A model generated the notes under the pieces. It was not told the origin of the DNA. It worked only from the letters and a program-made list of their open reading frames with translations, and did not search any database. A DNA stretch of 64,000 bases from Candidatus Helarchaeota archaeon (GTDB lineage: Archaea; Asgardarchaeota; Lokiarchaeia; Helarchaeales; RDOG01). The translations under genes were made by a program, and so were the position numbers. The stretch's first letter is position 1; each line of letters starts with the position of its first letter. Shown here piece by piece: positions 1 through 9,796 of the stretch. The DNA is taken from the NCBI GenBank assembly GCA_019058315.1, contig JAHPZH010000004.1, positions 192,001 through 256,000 on the forward strand. The letters run 5' to 3'.

Positions 1-159
1 TTCTCTCTCATTTATTTGTAAATTACCCAAAACGGTGGCGTATATTTTTCCTTCTTCTTCATATGTCCCTGGACCGGGAAAATACATCTCAATTACACCA
101 ATTTTTTGGCCAGGGATTACAAAATCACCAGCTTTAAATTCTTTTTCAACATCATTCAT
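1..159 (-). CDS. csl4: Exosome complex component Csl4, 5' part (runs off the window edge)
   Basis: Own translation from ATG at 159: MNDVEKEFKAGDFVIPGQKIGVIEMYFPGPGTYEEEGKIYATVLG. This matches the Csl4/Rrp4 N-terminal VxPG...E...PGxGTY...G.IYA pattern. SD-like AGGCGA upstream; the gene lies next to METTL5, as is common in archaea. Confidence 0.85.
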   Translation of the reverse strand, partial: MNDVEKEFKAGDFVIPGQKIGVIEMYFPGPGTYEEEGKIYATVLGNLQINERE

Positions 160-196
160 AAATATCGCCTAATTCAAAAATAATTTCAATAATTAT

Positions 197-829
197 TTAT
201 TTAACAATTCTCCATAAATCCACTTTAACTTTATGTATTTTTTTAGAATGAAAATGAAATTGATGAGGAATTAACAATTCCATTTCTATCATACTATCAA
301 TTTTCCCATTCATCTCATGGATGATTTTTTTTAAAAAAATTCGATTTTTTTCACCACTTTTATGCAGTGTATATATGATATTTCCTAATTCTAACGCCTT
401 TTTTAAAAAAATTACATCTTGTCCCTTTGTCTGTACACCAAAGGGTGGATTTTGCAATACTATTTCGGCTCTTTTAGAACATTGAGAAATATCTTGTTCA
501 ATCCATTCAATATCTGTACAACCACTTTTAATTGCATTGTTTTTTGCGATTTCTATGGCAATAGGATCAATATCAACTGCATAAACTTTTTTTGCACCTA
601 ATAGAGATGCACCTATTGCTAGTCTACCAGTTCCACAACCTAGATCAAGAATTAGTTTATCGTATATGTCATTATTAGTGAAGTTTGCAAAATATAAAAT
701 GTTAGCAGCGGTTTTTGCATCAATAGGGTATTGTTCCAAAGAGGGTTTTGGTTTGGGATGTGTATCCAAATTTTGTAGTAATATTTCTAATTTTTTCCTT
801 GACATTAAGTTGGGAACGTTTCTTGACAA
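197..829 (-). CDS. METTL5-family SAM-dependent N6-adenine RNA methyltransferase
   Basis: PKPSLEQY, DLGCGTG SAM motif, NPPFG catalytic motif, C-terminal FHxKK. True start may be the ATG at 805. Confidence 0.92.
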   Translation of the reverse strand: MSRNVPNLMSRKKLEILLQNLDTHPKPKPSLEQYPIDAKTAANILYFANFTNNDIYDKLILDLGCGTGRLAIGASLLGAKKVYAVDIDPIAIEIAKNNAIKSGCTDIEWIEQDISQCSKRAEIVLQNPPFGVQTKGQDVIFLKKALELGNIIYTLHKSGEKNRIFLKKIIHEMNGKIDSMIEMELLIPHQFHFHSKKIHKVKVDLWRIVK

Positions 830-903
830 TTTTAGCTCGCCAATTATTATAATGAAATGTTTATATTTTAAAGCTGATAAAATTTCACTTATATTATAGA
901 TTC

Positions 904-1848
904 TTGGTGATTAAAAAAATGCCGAACGGAAAACCAGGGTTTAAAATTGTGTTTGCTGGGCTTGATAATGCTGGTAAAACAAGTATAATATTGACAATTG
1001 ACGAGAAATATAGCAAATTACGCAATTTAAAACCAACTTTAGGCGCAGAAACTTATGGATTTGAAATATTAGGTATTCCAATTATGCGTTGGGATCTTGG
1101 TGGTCAGAAAAATCTACGAGAGCAATTTGTTCGCGATAAAAAACATTTTGAAAATACCGACTTGCTTTGTTACGTCATAGATATTATGGATTATAAAAGG
1201 TTTTATGAAAGCCTTACGTATTTATTCCAAATTATCGAGATCTTTGAAAGTTCGGGTGAAAAACCAAAAATTGTGGTATTTCTCCACAAAGTAGATCCTG
1301 ATATTGCACATGAAGAAAGAATCCAAAGTAAAATATTAGAAGCAAAAAATATGTTTGAGGGCGATGCGAAATTAAAAGAATATGATATTATATTTTTTGA
1401 AACTTCAATATACAATCCTTGGTCCTTATTAAAGGCATTTTCATATGGGATCACAAGTTTATCCACACATAAAGCAAAAGATTTTAAACAAGAACTAAAT
1501 GATTTTCTCAAAAGCACAAATTCAACAGCTGTCGTAATTTTAGACAAAAATATGATTTCCCTAGGGGAGGTTTATAGTGATGATCTTACGCAGACACTTA
1601 TTGATAAGATGACTCCTGATTTAATTCGTGCTTACAATAACTTGAGGGGTATAAGTGTCTATAAAATTGAAAAATTAATTGTTGAACTTAGTGATCAATA
1701 TCTGCTATTAACTCAAATGAATTTAAAAAAAGGGTCATTTTACATAGTTCTTCTAACAAACGAAGAAAAAATATCCGAATTAATAAAAAAATCGATACCC
1801 AATTTGTCTGTGAGAATAGAAAAAATCATTGAGGGCTTCTTTTTATAA
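904..1848 (+). CDS. Rag/Arf-like small GTPase with C-terminal roadblock/longin-like domain
   Basis: G1 GLDNAGKT, G2 PT, G3 WDLGGQ, G4 HKVD, G5 TSIY; about 120-aa alpha/beta C-terminal domain. Confidence 0.88.
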   Translation: MVIKKMPNGKPGFKIVFAGLDNAGKTSIILTIDEKYSKLRNLKPTLGAETYGFEILGIPIMRWDLGGQKNLREQFVRDKKHFENTDLLCYVIDIMDYKRFYESLTYLFQIIEIFESSGEKPKIVVFLHKVDPDIAHEERIQSKILEAKNMFEGDAKLKEYDIIFFETSIYNPWSLLKAFSYGITSLSTHKAKDFKQELNDFLKSTNSTAVVILDKNMISLGEVYSDDLTQTLIDKMTPDLIRAYNNLRGISVYKIEKLIVELSDQYLLLTQMNLKKGSFYIVLLTNEEKISELIKKSIPNLSVRIEKIIEGFFL

Positions 1849-1896
1849 ATTTAAAAACTATTTTAATCTTTAACCAAAAATAGTTAAGGATTACAT

Positions 1897-3183
1897 TTAA
1901 GAAACTGCATTTAAGATTTTTGACAATATTATATCAAGTGTGATCTGGTTATGAGGGGGATCTATTGATTTTTGAAGTTTTACTTGTTCGAGATCTGTTC
2001 TAAGAGCTGTTCCACTACTTTCAATACCCGCAAAAGTTGTCGGAATTATAACATCTGCAATTTCAGCTGTTAAATTATATAATGGGTCAATATAAATGAT
2101 TTTTTTATCTTTTAAAAATTTCATATGAGAATAAGGAAGATTTGAAAGTGGGTTTGCTCCAATAATTAAAATGACATCACTTTCATTATTAATTATTAAA
2201 TTATGAAATTTCAAATCTTCATAACTTCTATCTTCACCATTTTTAAAGTCTGCGTTAATTTTTTTTGTGGAATTATCTTGAAGTACCTTATTAAACCCGA
2301 CCATGTTATAATGGCCACTCATCGGCATAGCATAAAAATTTAAATTTAATTTTTTCAACTCAAAAAATAAATTATTCAATTCTTGAAGATTTTGGGAAGC
2401 ATTGCTTCCCATAATAAATCCTAAGCCGAAAAAAATCACTCCAAATCTTGCAGATTTTAGGTTTGATATTAATTCTCTAATATCTTTTTGAGAGATTCCT
2501 GCGACATCCTTGAAAATTTGTTCCCCTCTAAGTCCACTAACTATAGTTTTTAATAAAATATGATCTTCTTCTGGAGTTATTTTAAGAAATAGATCTGAAA
2601 TTGACCTAGTTTCGGTCCTTCTAATGTCTATATATACAACATATCGATCTTCCTTTCCTTTCTCTGTATTTTTGCCCCTTGCTAATACTGAATATTTACT
2701 AATTAGTCGTAAATGTGACGCGCTTGGATTACATCCCCAAAATACAATAAAATCTGCATAATCTCGTAAATCTTTAAATTTAGGGATTGGAATTGATTTT
2801 TCTTTTAAAAATATCAACGAAGGAATATGACAAATGGAACCAGGTGTATCTACAATTCCCCCAATTTTTTTTGCTAATTCAATACCTAATTTTTGTTCTT
2901 CACATGTTGTAGAAATTAAACCATAAATTATAGGTCTCTTGGCATTTTTTATATATTCTATCGCCTTATCTATTGCCTCATTAAATGTGACATTTTTTAG
3001 ATTCCCGTCTATACGAATTGAAGGATTCTGAAGTCTTATTTCAGAATTATAGCTCATAAAATGTGCATATCCTCTATTACATGCATTATAAATATGCTCT
3101 ATTTGGTTATTTTTAGTTTCAAGTAAGATATCATCACATAATAAGGAACAACCTGAACAAACAACTTGTATCTTTTTTGACAT
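1897..3183 (-). CDS. fwdB: Formylmethanofuran dehydrogenase subunit B
   Basis: CSGCSLLCDD, ICH, ADFIVFWGCNPxxSHxR, MSGHYN, GIESSGTALRxD; adjacent to fwdD. Confidence 0.92.
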   Translation of the reverse strand: MSKKIQVVCSGCSLLCDDILLETKNNQIEHIYNACNRGYAHFMSYNSEIRLQNPSIRIDGNLKNVTFNEAIDKAIEYIKNAKRPIIYGLISTTCEEQKLGIELAKKIGGIVDTPGSICHIPSLIFLKEKSIPIPKFKDLRDYADFIVFWGCNPSASHLRLISKYSVLARGKNTEKGKEDRYVVYIDIRRTETRSISDLFLKITPEEDHILLKTIVSGLRGEQIFKDVAGISQKDIRELISNLKSARFGVIFFGLGFIMGSNASQNLQELNNLFFELKKLNLNFYAMPMSGHYNMVGFNKVLQDNSTKKINADFKNGEDRSYEDLKFHNLIINNESDVILIIGANPLSNLPYSHMKFLKDKKIIYIDPLYNLTAEIADVIIPTTFAGIESSGTALRTDLEQVKLQKSIDPPHNQITLDIILSKILNAVS

Positions 3184-3243
3184 GCTCTTTCCTTCATATT
3201 ATTATATTAAAATTTAGAAAATAACAAGATTATTAAAATTCCA

Positions 3244-3666
3244 TTAATTTTTTTTTCCAAATAAGGATCTAATATCTGTAACTTCATCCTTGGTTACTTC
3301 AACATTCACCTCTAAATTTTTCAACTGTAGTTTACTATTTTCTGCTCCAGATATTTGGTTTGCCCAAGGACCTAACGGAAGAAATACTATTCCCTCTTCT
3401 GTATCTTTTTCTGATTCAATTGCTTTAACTATTACACTCCCAAATTTAGAAGTCAAACGTACATTTCCTTCTTTTATCCCTAATAATTTTATGTCTTGAG
3501 GATGAATTAGACAAATTGCCATGGCATTTACATATTCTGAAGACAATATCGATTTATCACTCATTACACTTTGAGGAACTGTTCTAATGATTGAAGCTAA
3601 TAATTTGATTTTAGGAACTAAATACTTATAAAAAGAGTCTTCATCACTCAATCTGTTCACAACCAA
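3244..3666 (-). CDS. fwdD: Formylmethanofuran dehydrogenase subunit D (molybdopterin dinucleotide-binding)
   Basis: IHPQDIKLLG...VRLTSKFGSVIV...GIVFLPLGPWAN; upstream of fwdB. Confidence 0.88.
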   Translation of the reverse strand: MVVNRLSDEDSFYKYLVPKIKLLASIIRTVPQSVMSDKSILSSEYVNAMAICLIHPQDIKLLGIKEGNVRLTSKFGSVIVKAIESEKDTEEGIVFLPLGPWANQISGAENSKLQLKNLEVNVEVTKDEVTDIRSLFGKKN

Positions 3667-3737
3667 ATTAAAAACAAATTAGTTCTTATCTCTAATTTGA
3701 AATACGGTCGAAAATTATTTAAAAATTTGGATTATTA

Positions 3738-4322
3738 ATGAAACATAAAAGATTAATGAAGGAGGAAATTTTTTTGATCCTTCCAGATTATGAAATACTT
3801 GATTTGATAAAAAAGAATGAGATAAAGATTGAACCCTTTAAAGAAGAAAATGTAGGACCTTGCTCAGTTGATTTACACTTAGATAATATATTTAGTGTCT
3901 TTAAAATGGGTATAGTGGTGGATCCTAAAGATAATGATTCCATTAACTCTGCAATAGAGAATATCATGGTTAAGGATAATGAATTTTTCATTATTGCACC
4001 TGGTCAATTTGTATTGGCATCTACAGTTGAAACAATTTCAATCCCCAAAAATATTGCTGCAACTCTAGAAGGGCTTTCTTCAGTGGCTAGACTTGGGATT
4101 ACTGTTCATGCTGCAGGACTAGTTAATGCAGGAACAGGGAGTCAGAAACCAACAACTCTTACTTTAGAAATAACATGTCAAAATAGCTCACCTGTTAAAC
4201 TCTATCCTGGGATGAGAATTGTCCAAATAATATTTCATCGATTAGAAAGTGGAGCAAAAACTGGTTACGATGAAAGAAAATCATCACGTTATATAGGACA
4301 AAAAAAGCAAATTTTAATTTAA
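3738..4322 (+). CDS. dcd: dCTP deaminase family protein
   Basis: PCSVDLHL, SSVARLG, LTLEI, LYPGMRIVQIIF, SRYIGQ. Two motif substitutions (see findings). Confidence 0.85.
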   Translation: MKHKRLMKEEIFLILPDYEILDLIKKNEIKIEPFKEENVGPCSVDLHLDNIFSVFKMGIVVDPKDNDSINSAIENIMVKDNEFFIIAPGQFVLASTVETISIPKNIAATLEGLSSVARLGITVHAAGLVNAGTGSQKPTTLTLEITCQNSSPVKLYPGMRIVQIIFHRLESGAKTGYDERKSSRYIGQKKQILI

Positions 4323-4334
4323 AGATAAAAAAAA

Positions 4335-5654
4335 TTATTGAAATTTTTTAAAAGCGGTCTTAAAGTCCTTTCCAGCGTACACGGCGTTATTTCCTAATTC
4401 CTCATTTATTCTTAAAATTTGATTATATTTACATATTCGTTCAGATCGGCTAATACCACCAGTTTTAATTAAACCACAGCATAAACCAACAGCAAGATCC
4501 GCAATAAAACTGTCTTCAGTTTCACCTGATCGATGTGAAACTATTACCGAAAAGTCATTTTTATATGATAACTGAGCAGCTTCAATAGATTCAGTTAATG
4601 ATCCGCATTGATTGACTTTTAATAGCAATGCATTAGCAGATTTCAAATCAATACCCTTCTGTAATCTCTTAACTTGAGTAACAAATAAGTCATCTCCAAC
4701 AATCAAGCTTTTGTTGCCAACTTCTTTAGTAATTTTTGTAAAACTCTCGAAATCATCTTCATCAAATGGGTCTTCTAATGATGCAATGGGATATTCATTT
4801 ATTATCGCTTTATAAAATTCAATAAGTTCTCCAGAACTAATTGACTTACCATCAATGTTATATTTTCCTTTTTCGTAGAATTCAGAAGCCGCAGCATCCA
4901 TAGCAAATACAAAATCAGTTTTTGGATTATAACCAGCAGATTCGATTGATTTTATAAGAGAATTTAATGCTTCTCTAGTAGTTTCAATTGCTGGTGCGAA
5001 TCCTCCTTCATCTCCCACATTAATAGAATTCTTTCCATAAGTTTTTTTAATATAATTCTTCAAATGATGGTATACTTCACTCACAGTACGCATAGCTTCA
5101 TCGAAACTCTTTGCTCCAATTGGCATAATCATAAATTCTTGAATAGCAAGGTCTGAACCTGCATGCTTGCCTCCATTTATTACATTTGACATAGGAACTG
5201 GCAGTAGATATTGATTTGTAGTTTTATCATGACTCAGAGAATATAAATACTGGTAAAGTGGAATTTTTTTACTTAATGCCGCAGCTCTAGCAGATGCTAG
5301 TGATACTGATAGTATTGCGTTTGCCCCTAATTTAGACTTATTATCAGTTCCGTCTAATTTAAGCATTAGCTCATCAATTTCATTTTGGTTTTCTACGCTT
5401 TTACCAATTAATTTAGGAATTATTATTGAATTAATATTATTAATTGCTTTCTTTACTCCTTTTCCCATAAATCGAGTCTTATCCTTATCACGAAGTTCCA
5501 ATGCTTCATGCTCTCCGGTAGAGGCTCCTGAAGGAACTGCAGCTCTACCAATAATATTATCCTCTAGAATTACGTCGGTTTCTACCGTGGGATTACCACG
5601 ACTATCTAAAATCCATCTTGCTTGAATTTTTTTTATCTTAAAACTGTTTCCCAT
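4335..5654 (-). CDS. eno: Enolase
   Basis: [43 protein letters not shown]. Confidence 0.99.
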   Translation of the reverse strand: MGNSFKIKKIQARWILDSRGNPTVETDVILEDNIIGRAAVPSGASTGEHEALELRDKDKTRFMGKGVKKAINNINSIIIPKLIGKSVENQNEIDELMLKLDGTDNKSKLGANAILSVSLASARAAALSKKIPLYQYLYSLSHDKTTNQYLLPVPMSNVINGGKHAGSDLAIQEFMIMPIGAKSFDEAMRTVSEVYHHLKNYIKKTYGKNSINVGDEGGFAPAIETTREALNSLIKSIESAGYNPKTDFVFAMDAAASEFYEKGKYNIDGKSISSGELIEFYKAIINEYPIASLEDPFDEDDFESFTKITKEVGNKSLIVGDDLFVTQVKRLQKGIDLKSANALLLKVNQCGSLTESIEAAQLSYKNDFSVIVSHRSGETEDSFIADLAVGLCCGLIKTGGISRSERICKYNQILRINEELGNNAVYAGKDFKTAFKKFQ

Positions 5655-6067
5655 TCATATTACCTCTAATCTCAGTTTTTATAATAAATGGCGTTTTATT
5701 GAATCTTTAAATCATTAAGATTTCGTTTTTTTTAAAATTATATTAAAAAATTTAATTCAATATTTTAAGATTTGGTTTTATTTTATTAAATTTCGATTTA
5801 TTTAAAAACAATTTAGATTTTTAGTAATATTTTTTTTAAATATGATTAAAATTTTTAAACAAAATACCTAGTAATAATAATTTGATATGTAACATTATTG
5901 ACATATCTCAAAAGGAATAATATAAATATGGTAAAATTCTCAATGTAAATATACAACTATTACGATTTTCATAAAAATAATTGCGAGATTCATAATATAA
6001 AAATTAAAAAATTTCAATATGAGGGATCAAATTATTAAAAGATTCAGAGAAATTCGGACTTAAGACA

Positions 6068-7837
6068 TTGGATTCTTTACTTGGTGGTGGAATATCTGCA
6101 GGAAGCTCGATTCTAATTGTCTCGGATCATCAAGCCACCAAAAAACAGTATTTTTCTTCCCACTTCGCTACAGAAATCCTTGGTTCCTCCCAAAATGAGG
6201 ATAGCCATGTCTTTAATGTAGTGTATTCTTACCCCGTTCATCAGGTTTTTGTTTTATATACAGATCCTATTATAAAAAAGGCTATAGAAGATAGAAAATT
6301 TACAGTTATAAACTGCTATGGCCTAACCAGCTCTCCTGACGAATTTAAAAAGTATTCAATTACCCATTTGGAAAACCCAAATGATGTAAATAAATTAAGA
6401 TATTTGATAGGGACAATACGTGAAGAAAAATGCGGGATAGGATGTTCTACAAGATGGATTTTTGATGATATAACAAATATGGTCATTACTATTGGCTCCG
6501 AGGACAGAGTGCTTCAGTTTTTAAGAGAAATGTTTTACATTCTTAAAACTTACGGTGATTTAGGTCTATTTTATGTAGATAGGAATGCACACTCACCAAA
6601 ATTTGTTTCTTCATTAGAAAATATGGTTGAGACCGTAATTAATCTATCAGTAAAGGATGTATCTTCTGTATTTGTACCTCATTTAAGATGTGTTAAAAAT
6701 AGGTTTTTTGGAGAAGAATTGATAAGTTACGAAGTTCCATATACCGTTCAAAAAGGAAAAATTGTATTGCAATCAGATATTTTTGATAATTTTGAATCAA
6801 CAAAGAAAAATCTAATTATTCAACCTGGTGGAGCAATTGAACTTTTTGGTTCGGAATATATAATATCCACTAAAGACGGTCTCATTAACAATATTAAATC
6901 TTATTATGATTCAGTGAATTATGATACTTATAGAAAGGTTTCATTTGATAATGGAAAAGATATGGGAAAGAAGATCTATCAAGACTTTGTAAATAAGCTA
7001 AGAACTAATTCTAAAACTACATTATACGATTTAACAAAATTATTCAATTCATTAGGGATGGGAACACTAAAAATAGAAAAGCTAGATTTAGAAAAAGGTG
7101 TGGCAATTATTCATGGTAATGATCTTTTTCACTGGAAAGCTGCTGTTCGTCCAATACATGCCGAATTAAGTGGGATTTTTGCAGGAGTTAACGAAATGAT
7201 CACAGGGGAACCTTGGGAGTTTATTGAAACTCGCTGTAAGGCTACAGGTGATGATTTTTGTGAATTTCTGGGTGGACCTTTGCGAGAACTTGCTCCTATT
7301 AGTCAAGATATCATGAGCATTAAAAAAGATTTAGAAATTACTCGTGAGGGAGAGTTAATACTTCGTGGTACAAGAATCTTATTGATGCCTAGGGGTACAC
7401 TAATACATATAGTCGAGGCTGTAGAAGATATAACAAATAGAGAAACAGCAAAGGAGATTCTTTACCATGCAGGAGAAAAAATGGCAATGCAATTTTGTAA
7501 TGTCTTATCTTCTAAATATAATTTACAAGGAATCGCGATACTACGTGCATATGCTCAAATAATCTCGACTCGTGGTTGGGGTGTAGTTGAGATTCAAGAT
7601 ATTGATATCGAGAAAGGTATGATGAGAGCATTGGTAAAACAGTCTCTTATTGGAAGTGGCAAACACCTAAGACCAGAATCACAAGATTATATTCCTGCTG
7701 GAGTTTTTGCAGGAATCATGGAATATATTACAAAGATGAAATTATCTTGTGAAGAGATTAAATGTGTTGCAAAGGGTGATAATGTCTGTGAATTTGTTGT
7801 TAAACCATACGAAACAACAAGTAAAACAGTCCTGTAA
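6068..7837 (+). CDS. KaiC/RAD55-like (degenerate) ATPase domain fused to two V4R domains
   Basis: LDSLLGGGI...ILI KaiC-type start; Walker A replaced by SDHQATKK; two V4R units ending ETRCKATGDDFCEF and EIKCVAKGDNVCEF. The frame is open upstream to 6023 (FGLKTLDSLLGGG), so the real start may be earlier. Confidence 0.8.
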   Translation: MDSLLGGGISAGSSILIVSDHQATKKQYFSSHFATEILGSSQNEDSHVFNVVYSYPVHQVFVLYTDPIIKKAIEDRKFTVINCYGLTSSPDEFKKYSITHLENPNDVNKLRYLIGTIREEKCGIGCSTRWIFDDITNMVITIGSEDRVLQFLREMFYILKTYGDLGLFYVDRNAHSPKFVSSLENMVETVINLSVKDVSSVFVPHLRCVKNRFFGEELISYEVPYTVQKGKIVLQSDIFDNFESTKKNLIIQPGGAIELFGSEYIISTKDGLINNIKSYYDSVNYDTYRKVSFDNGKDMGKKIYQDFVNKLRTNSKTTLYDLTKLFNSLGMGTLKIEKLDLEKGVAIIHGNDLFHWKAAVRPIHAELSGIFAGVNEMITGEPWEFIETRCKATGDDFCEFLGGPLRELAPISQDIMSIKKDLEITREGELILRGTRILLMPRGTLIHIVEAVEDITNRETAKEILYHAGEKMAMQFCNVLSSKYNLQGIAILRAYAQIISTRGWGVVEIQDIDIEKGMMRALVKQSLIGSGKHLRPESQDYIPAGVFAGIMEYITKMKLSCEEIKCVAKGDNVCEFVVKPYETTSKTVL

Positions 7838-8020
7838 ATAAAAATTTCATCTAATCAATAAAATATTTAGTTTAAATTTAACATCAAAAAAATACTATTT
7901 TCCGAATTTTTAATATAATATTAAATTTGTTTTGATATTTGTAAATTAAATAGTGAATTTTTCATTCTTTAAATTTTAATTTTTTTACATTCTTTTAAAA
8001 TGATGAGTTGAAGCTCTAGG

Positions 8021-8926
8021 TTGAATTTTTCAAATTTCAAAGTGAAATCAGTTATAATTGGAGAAAATGAAGAGTATAAATCGAGACTCTTTAGGGTTGT
8101 TTCCGCATCACACTTTCAAAGGACCTACAAGAATATTGTGGGTGTGGATATAGGTGTTACTCATATTTCTGTAAATAATATGAACATTACACTCGCTCTA
8201 TGGGACTGTTTATGTCGAGGGCGATCAAATATTTTTAGAACTGGCTTTTATAAAGGAAGCGATGGAGCAATTTTATGTTATGATGCGAATTCTGTTGCCA
8301 ATATTAAAATGTATATTAATGAATTCCAAGAATTTAGCAGAAAAAATCTCCCTATTCTTCTTATTTATATAAAACGGAATGAACAGGATTCATTCTTTCT
8401 TCCAACAAATGAAAATAACATAATAAAACTTCAAGATTTAGAGGAAGCATTAAATTGGTTTGCAAAGAACATGGTAGATAGTAATAGGAAATTCGAAGTG
8501 GGCTATTTAGAATTGTTAGGGGATTCTTTGCCCGAGATTATTACACCTCCTGATATCTCTTATGAAGTCAGCCATCCAGAAGTATTAAGTTCAATAATTA
8601 AAAGTATGGGGTTTAAAGTTTTAGATGAGGAAAAGGTGCATATATTAAAAGAGAAGGCACTTTTTTCAGTAAATTTAATTAATGCAAATGTAAAAATTTA
8701 TCCTTTAATTTGTGAAGAGTGCAGAAGAAATTGTAAGAAAGAAAAAAACATTTGCATTGTTTTAAGTACAAAAGGTTGGTCTTCTTTTTCCTCTTTGTCT
8801 CAAAAAGATTTATTAATTCTTTCTAAAATTTATGCATTAGCAAATTTACCTTATGAGGAGTTTCCAATAGGAATAAAAAATCAAATTAATAATATTTTAT
8901 ATTGCTCAAAATTTAGAAAAAAATAA
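8021..8926 (+). CDS. Rab-like small GTPase fold with degenerate G boxes plus Cys-rich C-terminal domain
   Basis: FKVKSVIIG, IVGVDIG, LALWD, GFYKGSDGAILCYD are Rab-like. P-loop is GENEEYKS, G3 is WDCLCR. C-terminal CEEC...C...C. Confidence 0.7.
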   Translation: MNFSNFKVKSVIIGENEEYKSRLFRVVSASHFQRTYKNIVGVDIGVTHISVNNMNITLALWDCLCRGRSNIFRTGFYKGSDGAILCYDANSVANIKMYINEFQEFSRKNLPILLIYIKRNEQDSFFLPTNENNIIKLQDLEEALNWFAKNMVDSNRKFEVGYLELLGDSLPEIITPPDISYEVSHPEVLSSIIKSMGFKVLDEEKVHILKEKALFSVNLINANVKIYPLICEECRRNCKKEKNICIVLSTKGWSSFSSLSQKDLLILSKIYALANLPYEEFPIGIKNQINNILYCSKFRKK

Positions 8927-8987
8927 TAAACTGGTTTTTCAATAAAATTGTGATATACACTAATTCAAATTTATAGTAAGTGATTTT

Positions 8988-9500
8988 TTGCCAGATGAAG
9001 ATTTAACTAAAGAATTAATCGAAGGACCAGACAAATTAATAGAGGTAATAGAAAAAAAAGATATTGATAAGAAAGATCCTTTAAGTTACACTAAGACACT
9101 TAAAACTTATTTATTTGATAACGAAATTAATGCTACAATTTTAGCTTCTGATAAACCAAATGCAAATAAATTTAGTGGAATTGTTGAATGGATAGGTGAT
9201 CGAAGAGATGATGAAAAAGGTTCCGAATTTTTTATTCGATCTAGAAGTGAGGGAAAAGTAATAACTTTTGGAATAAATAATGTGAAAATCTGTAATTATA
9301 ATCCACAAAAAAGAAGTTTTAAAATAATTCAGAATCCCGTCACTTGTCCTGTTTGTAATCAACCAATCTTACCTAATCAAAGTACCATAACATGTCCAAA
9401 TTGCCATGTAGTAGCACATAAAGATGACTATTTAGAGTATTTGAAGATGAAAGGCGAATGTCCATCTTGTAGTGCTAAATTAACACTGAAAGGTAAATAA
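8988..9500 (+). CDS. Protein with C-terminal RING-like zinc finger
   Basis: CPVC-x12-CPNC-x4-H-x2-D-x10-CPSC. Confidence 0.75.
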   Translation: MPDEDLTKELIEGPDKLIEVIEKKDIDKKDPLSYTKTLKTYLFDNEINATILASDKPNANKFSGIVEWIGDRRDDEKGSEFFIRSRSEGKVITFGINNVKICNYNPQKRSFKIIQNPVTCPVCNQPILPNQSTITCPNCHVVAHKDDYLEYLKMKGECPSCSAKLTLKGK

Positions 9501-9796
9501 AACATAAAAATTTGAAATTATTTACTATATCCTAAAAATTTCTCCTTTTTTAAAACCACAAATTTGAAAATAATTTCTAGCTAATTAATTTCTAATTTAA
9601 TAGTTTAAGAATTTGTCTTATTACATTTAATCTATTAATAATAGTTATTGAAATGAATAATCATTAAGATTTTTATCCGACAAATATTTTATGATTTTTA
9701 TTTTAAAAAATAACTAGTCATTATCAAGCACAAAACATAAGGTTTATTTAGTTTGAATTTTTTAATTATGTTGTAAATCTTGATGGAAGTGGTTAT

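Noticed and set aside
5655-6018. Long AT-rich intergenic region as a possible replication origin or ncRNA
   Set aside because: No ORB-like G-string repeats, no adjacent cdc6 and no convincing stems; consistent with a divergent promoter region.
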